The notes beneath the pieces were generated by a model, which saw only the letters and a list, made by a program, of their open reading frames with translations, did no database searches and was not told the DNA's origin. A stretch of DNA of 62,149 bases, the filler included, from Deltaproteobacteria bacterium (GTDB taxonomy: Bacteria > JAUYMQ01), in assembly GCA_030698575.1 (NCBI GenBank). It is 11 parts of 11 records of this genome, joined end to end, with 100 filler letters (N's around TTAATTAATTAA, not from the genome) between each part and the next. Parts side by side here need not be neighbours in the genome. Positions count along the whole stretch, not along the records: positions 56,238 to 62,149 come from JAUYMQ010000203.1; 10 more parts are not named here. One strand, 5' to 3'. Numbering within the stretch: position 1 is the stretch's first letter; every line of letters begins with the position of its first letter. Positions 58,502 to 62,149 of this stretch are shown here, piece by piece. The translations under genes and the position numbers were made by a program.

Positions 58502-60277
58502 ATGACCCAGGGAGCCATGACCAGAAACCTCCGACGCGCGCTCTCCGGGCTCGCCGCCCTTTGTATCCTGACCCTTCCTGCCTGCGGACACTTCCAGGGC
58601 CGGTTCGGCATTCCCGGCGGCGAGGCGCCCGAGAAGAAGCCGGTGACCATTGTCCTGGCCGACGAGGACGCACGCGCGGGCTTCCACTTCAGCCTGGGGC
58701 AGCTCGCCCTGGGCGAGGGCGACATGGACGAGGCCATCCGGGAGTTCGGGCTGGCCGCGATCTTCGATCCCGACGCGCCCGAGATCCGGATGACGCTCGC
58801 GACCCTTCTCGTCAGCCAGGGGGATCTCGATGCCGCCCTCCCTCACGTGCGCAAATCGGTGGAACTCGAGCCGGATGACCCCCGCCCGCGCACGCTCCTG
58901 GCGGGCATAGCCTACTCGCAGAAGCGCTATGACGAGGCCGCGCGGGAGTACCGCAAGATTCTCGAGCAGGAGCCCTCGAACGACGACGTGGCCATCCTCC
59001 TCGCGTCCGTAGAGACCGACCGCAAGAAGCACGACGCCGCCATTCTGGTGCTGGTCGAATTCCTGAAGATTCAGCCGCGGAACGCGAGGGTGCACTCCTA
59101 TCTCGGCCGGACCTACGCCGAGGCGGGGCGCTGGCCCCAGGCCGAGCGGACCTACGCGCGCGCAGGCCGGCTGTCGGGAGACCGGGCGCTGGCGCTGGTC
59201 CAGCTTGGTGATCAGTACGAGAAGAACGGGCGCGAGAAGGACGCCCTGCGGGTCTACAACGAGGCGCTTCGCCAATCGAGCAACGACGAGCGGGCCCTGG
59301 CGCGGATCGGCGGCCTCTACGTGAAGCGGAAAGAGCCCGGGAAGGCGCTCGATGCCTACCGCCGCCTTGAAAAGACGAACCCCGACGACCTCGAGAATAC
59401 CGTGCGCCTTGGAGCGCTTTACTTCGAGGAGAAAAACTACGCCGAGGCGATCGCGCGCTTCGAGCGGGTACTCATGACCCGACCCGACGCACAGCACGTC
59501 CGCTACTACCTCGCCGTCGCTCTCATCGCGGCCGAGCAGTTCGACAGGGCCCTCGATGAGTTCGAGCTCATTCCCCCCGAGTCGCAGTTCTACCTCGACA
59601 GCCAGACCCACCTCGGATTTCTCTACGAGCGCGATGGCAACGTGAAGGAGGCCATTCGGGTCATGGATCTTGCCCTCGAGGGCGAGCCCGAATCCACTGA
59701 TCTGAAACTCGTGCTGGCGAGCCTGTACGCCAAGGACAAGCGTGTGGACGATGCGGTCCGCGTGGTCCAGGAAGTGCTCGCCGGAAACCCGAAGAATGAA
59801 CGCGCCTACTACACGCTTGGCATCATCTACGACCAGGCGAAGATGCCCGACGAGGCGCTCGCGCAGATGGAGAAGGTCGCCGAGCTGAACCCCGAGAACG
59901 CAAGCGCACTGAACTACGTGGGCTACACCTGGGCGGAGCGCGGTACCAGGCTGGACGAGGCGGAGGAATTCATCCGGCGGGCGCTCACGCTCAAGCCGGA
60001 CGACGGCTTCATCCGGGACAGTCTCGGATGGGTGTTCTACCAGAAGGGGAGGTACCAGGAGGCGGTGAAGGAGCTCGAGGAGGCCGCGCGCCTTGCGAAC
60101 GACGATCCGGTGATCCTCGAGCATCTGGGAGACGCCTATCTCAAGACGAATGAACGAACCCGGGCGATCGAGACTTATGAGAACGCCCTGCGAAAGCACC
60201 CCACGGCTGAGAATGCACCCAAGCTCAGGGAGAAGATCAGGCAGCTCGAGAGCCAGCAGAAGAGCGAGAACCCCTGA
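58502..60277 (+). CDS. tetratricopeptide-repeat lipoprotein
   Basis: LPAC lipobox, many TPRs, ALNYVGYTWAE...DSLGWVFY...EHLGD. Confidence 0.9.
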   Translation: MTQGAMTRNLRRALSGLAALCILTLPACGHFQGRFGIPGGEAPEKKPVTIVLADEDARAGFHFSLGQLALGEGDMDEAIREFGLAAIFDPDAPEIRMTLATLLVSQGDLDAALPHVRKSVELEPDDPRPRTLLAGIAYSQKRYDEAAREYRKILEQEPSNDDVAILLASVETDRKKHDAAILVLVEFLKIQPRNARVHSYLGRTYAEAGRWPQAERTYARAGRLSGDRALALVQLGDQYEKNGREKDALRVYNEALRQSSNDERALARIGGLYVKRKEPGKALDAYRRLEKTNPDDLENTVRLGALYFEEKNYAEAIARFERVLMTRPDAQHVRYYLAVALIAAEQFDRALDEFELIPPESQFYLDSQTHLGFLYERDGNVKEAIRVMDLALEGEPESTDLKLVLASLYAKDKRVDDAVRVVQEVLAGNPKNERAYYTLGIIYDQAKMPDEALAQMEKVAELNPENASALNYVGYTWAERGTRLDEAEEFIRRALTLKPDDGFIRDSLGWVFYQKGRYQEAVKELEEAARLANDDPVILEHLGDAYLKTNERTRAIETYENALRKHPTAENAPKLREKIRQLESQQKSENP

Positions 60278-60326
60278 TCCGGGCCCTCGGGGTCGCGCCG
60301 CAGCGGATCAATTCCCGCGCCGCGGG

Positions 60327-61241
60327 ATGCTCTTCCGTCTCCGGCGCGCAGGCCTGGCGCTCATTCTCGCCGGGGCAGCCATCGCAGTTCCGGCCTGTCG
60401 TGCGCCCGAAGGTCCGCCTCCCGTCCCGGAGTCGGCGAAGCTGCTGACGCCCGAGGCGTTCACACGCCGCCAGGCCGAACGCGCTTCGCAGGTCGCCTCG
60501 CTCCGCGCCTTCGCGCGCGTGCAGCTCTCGGCCCCCCGTGGGAAATTCGGGTTCTCGGAGGCAATCAACGTCGTCCGGCCGCGGCAAGTCCGTCTAGACA
60601 CCATCGGCCCTTTCTCGCGCGTTTTTTCGGTGCTGGCTTCCGACGGCGCGCGGCTCGTTTTCCTGAGCCCCGACGAGAAACGCGCCTACACCGGCTCCCC
60701 CACACCCGAGAACCTGGCCCGCTTCCTCCCCTTCACGCTCGACCCGGAGGATATCGTGGCGATCCTGCTCGGCGGCGTGCCCGAGCCGTCCCATTCCCCC
60801 TTCGTGAGCCAGGACAGAAATGGCCGGGATCTGCTCGTACGATCCGAGAACCGGAGCGGGAGCGTGAGCCTCGCCACGCTCGACGGGCGCACGCTGCAGC
60901 TGAAGCGGCTCCAGATCATGGATCCGACGTCTGCACTGGCGGCTGTGGTGGACTACGCGGGGTGGAAGGATCGAGGGGGGATCGCGTTCCCCTCGGAGAT
61001 CTCCATTCGCGTCCCCTCCCGCGACGTGCTCATGGCTATCAGGTTCGAGGAGATGGAGCCCAATGCAAGGATCGACGCAGGTCTCTTCTCACCCGGTTTG
61101 CCGCCCGGTTTCGAAACGGTTCCCATGACCGAGCTTCCGCCCCCGATCGACTACCGCTTGACGCCCGGGCTCTCCCCCGAGATTCCGGTTCCACCGGACG
61201 CCGGCGGCGGTTCCGCCGGCGAGGAGGCCTCCGTCCGATGA
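60327..61241 (+). CDS. LolB-like/DUF4292 lipoprotein
   Basis: VPAC lipobox, RPRQVRLD..GPF, FPSEISI; follows the TPR gene in the usual order. Confidence 0.6.
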   Translation: MLFRLRRAGLALILAGAAIAVPACRAPEGPPPVPESAKLLTPEAFTRRQAERASQVASLRAFARVQLSAPRGKFGFSEAINVVRPRQVRLDTIGPFSRVFSVLASDGARLVFLSPDEKRAYTGSPTPENLARFLPFTLDPEDIVAILLGGVPEPSHSPFVSQDRNGRDLLVRSENRSGSVSLATLDGRTLQLKRLQIMDPTSALAAVVDYAGWKDRGGIAFPSEISIRVPSRDVLMAIRFEEMEPNARIDAGLFSPGLPPGFETVPMTELPPPIDYRLTPGLSPEIPVPPDAGGGSAGEEASVR

Positions 61242-62149
61242 AGGCACGCATGAAGACAAACCGGGCAATGCTCTCGCCCCTTCTCCTCGCGCTCCTGCTG
61301 TCCGTGGCCTGCGGCAGGACCGAGAAGGGTCTGGAGCCGGTTGCGGAACTCGGTGCCGGTGAGGACAAGCCCGCTTACGGCGACATGCTCGTGACCGCCT
61401 CGATCGCGGACGCGCACAACCTCATTCCCTGGCTCGCCGGCGACGGCGCCTCGATCGCGGTCGCGAGTCTTCTGCTCAATGGCCTCCTCAGCTACGACGG
61501 TGATGGGGAACTCTATGGCGATCTCGCGGAACGCTGGGAAATGTCGGAGGACGGACTCACCCTGACCTTCCACCTGCGCGGCGACGTTCAGTGGCAGGAC
61601 GGGACCCCCTTTACGGCCGACGATGTGCTCTTCACCTACCAGACGCTCATCGATCCCAAGACGCTCACCCCCTACTCGGAGTCCTACAAGCAGGTGAAGA
61701 GGGCCGAGGTCCTCGACCCGCGCACCATAAGGTTCACCTACGACAAGCCTTACTGCCCGGCGCTCGAAAGCTGGAGCCTGGCGATCGTTCCGAAGCACCT
61801 GCTCGCGGAACCCATGGCCAAGGGGGACGATATCTCCAAGCTCCCCTTTACGCGTGATCCGGTGGGGACGGGCCCCTATCGCCTGAAGGACTGGCAGTCG
61901 CAGGAGAGGATCGAACTTGTTTCGAACCACGACTACTTCGAGGGGCGCCCCTGGATCGATCGGTGGGTGAGCCGGGTCATTCCCGACATGGCCACCCAGT
62001 TCCTGCAGCTCAAGGCCGGCGGCATCGACGAAATGGGGCTTACGCCCACCCAGTGGACGCGCCAGACCGAGACGGCGGCCTTCAAGGGGGCCTTCAAGAA
62101 GTTCAAGTATCCCACGAACAGTTACACCTATCTCGGCTTCAACCTGAAG
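61238..62149 (+). CDS. ABC transporter peptide-binding lipoprotein (SBP family 5), runs off the window
   Basis: VAC lipobox, PAYGD, GDLAERWEMSEDGLTLTFHLR..V.WQDGTPFTADDV, PVGTGPY. Missing from the ORF track because there is no stop codon in the window. Confidence 0.92.
   Translation, partial: MKARMKTNRAMLSPLLLALLLSVACGRTEKGLEPVAELGAGEDKPAYGDMLVTASIADAHNLIPWLAGDGASIAVASLLLNGLLSYDGDGELYGDLAERWEMSEDGLTLTFHLRGDVQWQDGTPFTADDVLFTYQTLIDPKTLTPYSESYKQVKRAEVLDPRTIRFTYDKPYCPALESWSLAIVPKHLLAEPMAKGDDISKLPFTRDPVGTGPYRLKDWQSQERIELVSNHDYFEGRPWIDRWVSRVIPDMATQFLQLKAGGIDEMGLTPTQWTRQTETAAFKGAFKKFKYPTNSYTYLGFNLK

Overview
This window is not one locus. It holds 11 unrelated contig fragments joined by 100-bp N/TTAATTAATTAA/N spacers. 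Most are GC-rich Gram-negative bacterial DNA (LPS genes, lptF, xerD), and three look viral. Contigs: (1) 1-6232: an apparently uncharacterised RiPP cluster (PqqD/RRE, radical SAM-SPASM, 64-aa three-Cys precursor, HPr-kinase-like P-loop protein, S24/S26-type peptidase), then PMM/PGM and a REC-PAS sensor broken by an in-frame TGA. (2) 6333-17085: divergent ECF sigma pair with a zinc anti-sigma, patatin, acyl-CoA dehydrogenase, a merR operon with a thioredoxin-fold/MerC fusion and no merA, and a Bil/Bub-like E1 enzyme. (3) 17186-21073: an integron whose intI is co-oriented with its cassettes, an F420 reductase, paired acyl-CoA dehydrogenases and a 48-bp palindrome. (4) LPS/envelope genes. (5) Three ORFans, possibly viral. 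(6) fdhD followed by an integrase-less attI-like site and an attC array with an AIPR-like defence cassette. (7) A phage packaging/head module followed by a glycosyltransferase. (8) A cyclic beta-1,2-glucan synthase fragment. (9) A P22-like portal region. (10) xerD, tRNA nucleotidyltransferase and site-2 protease. (11) tlyA, oxidoreductase, TPR lipoprotein, LolB-like protein and ABC peptide-binding protein. The RiPP cluster at 3074-6226 is the best candidate for an undescribed system. All calls come from motif recognition by eye; no database searches were run.
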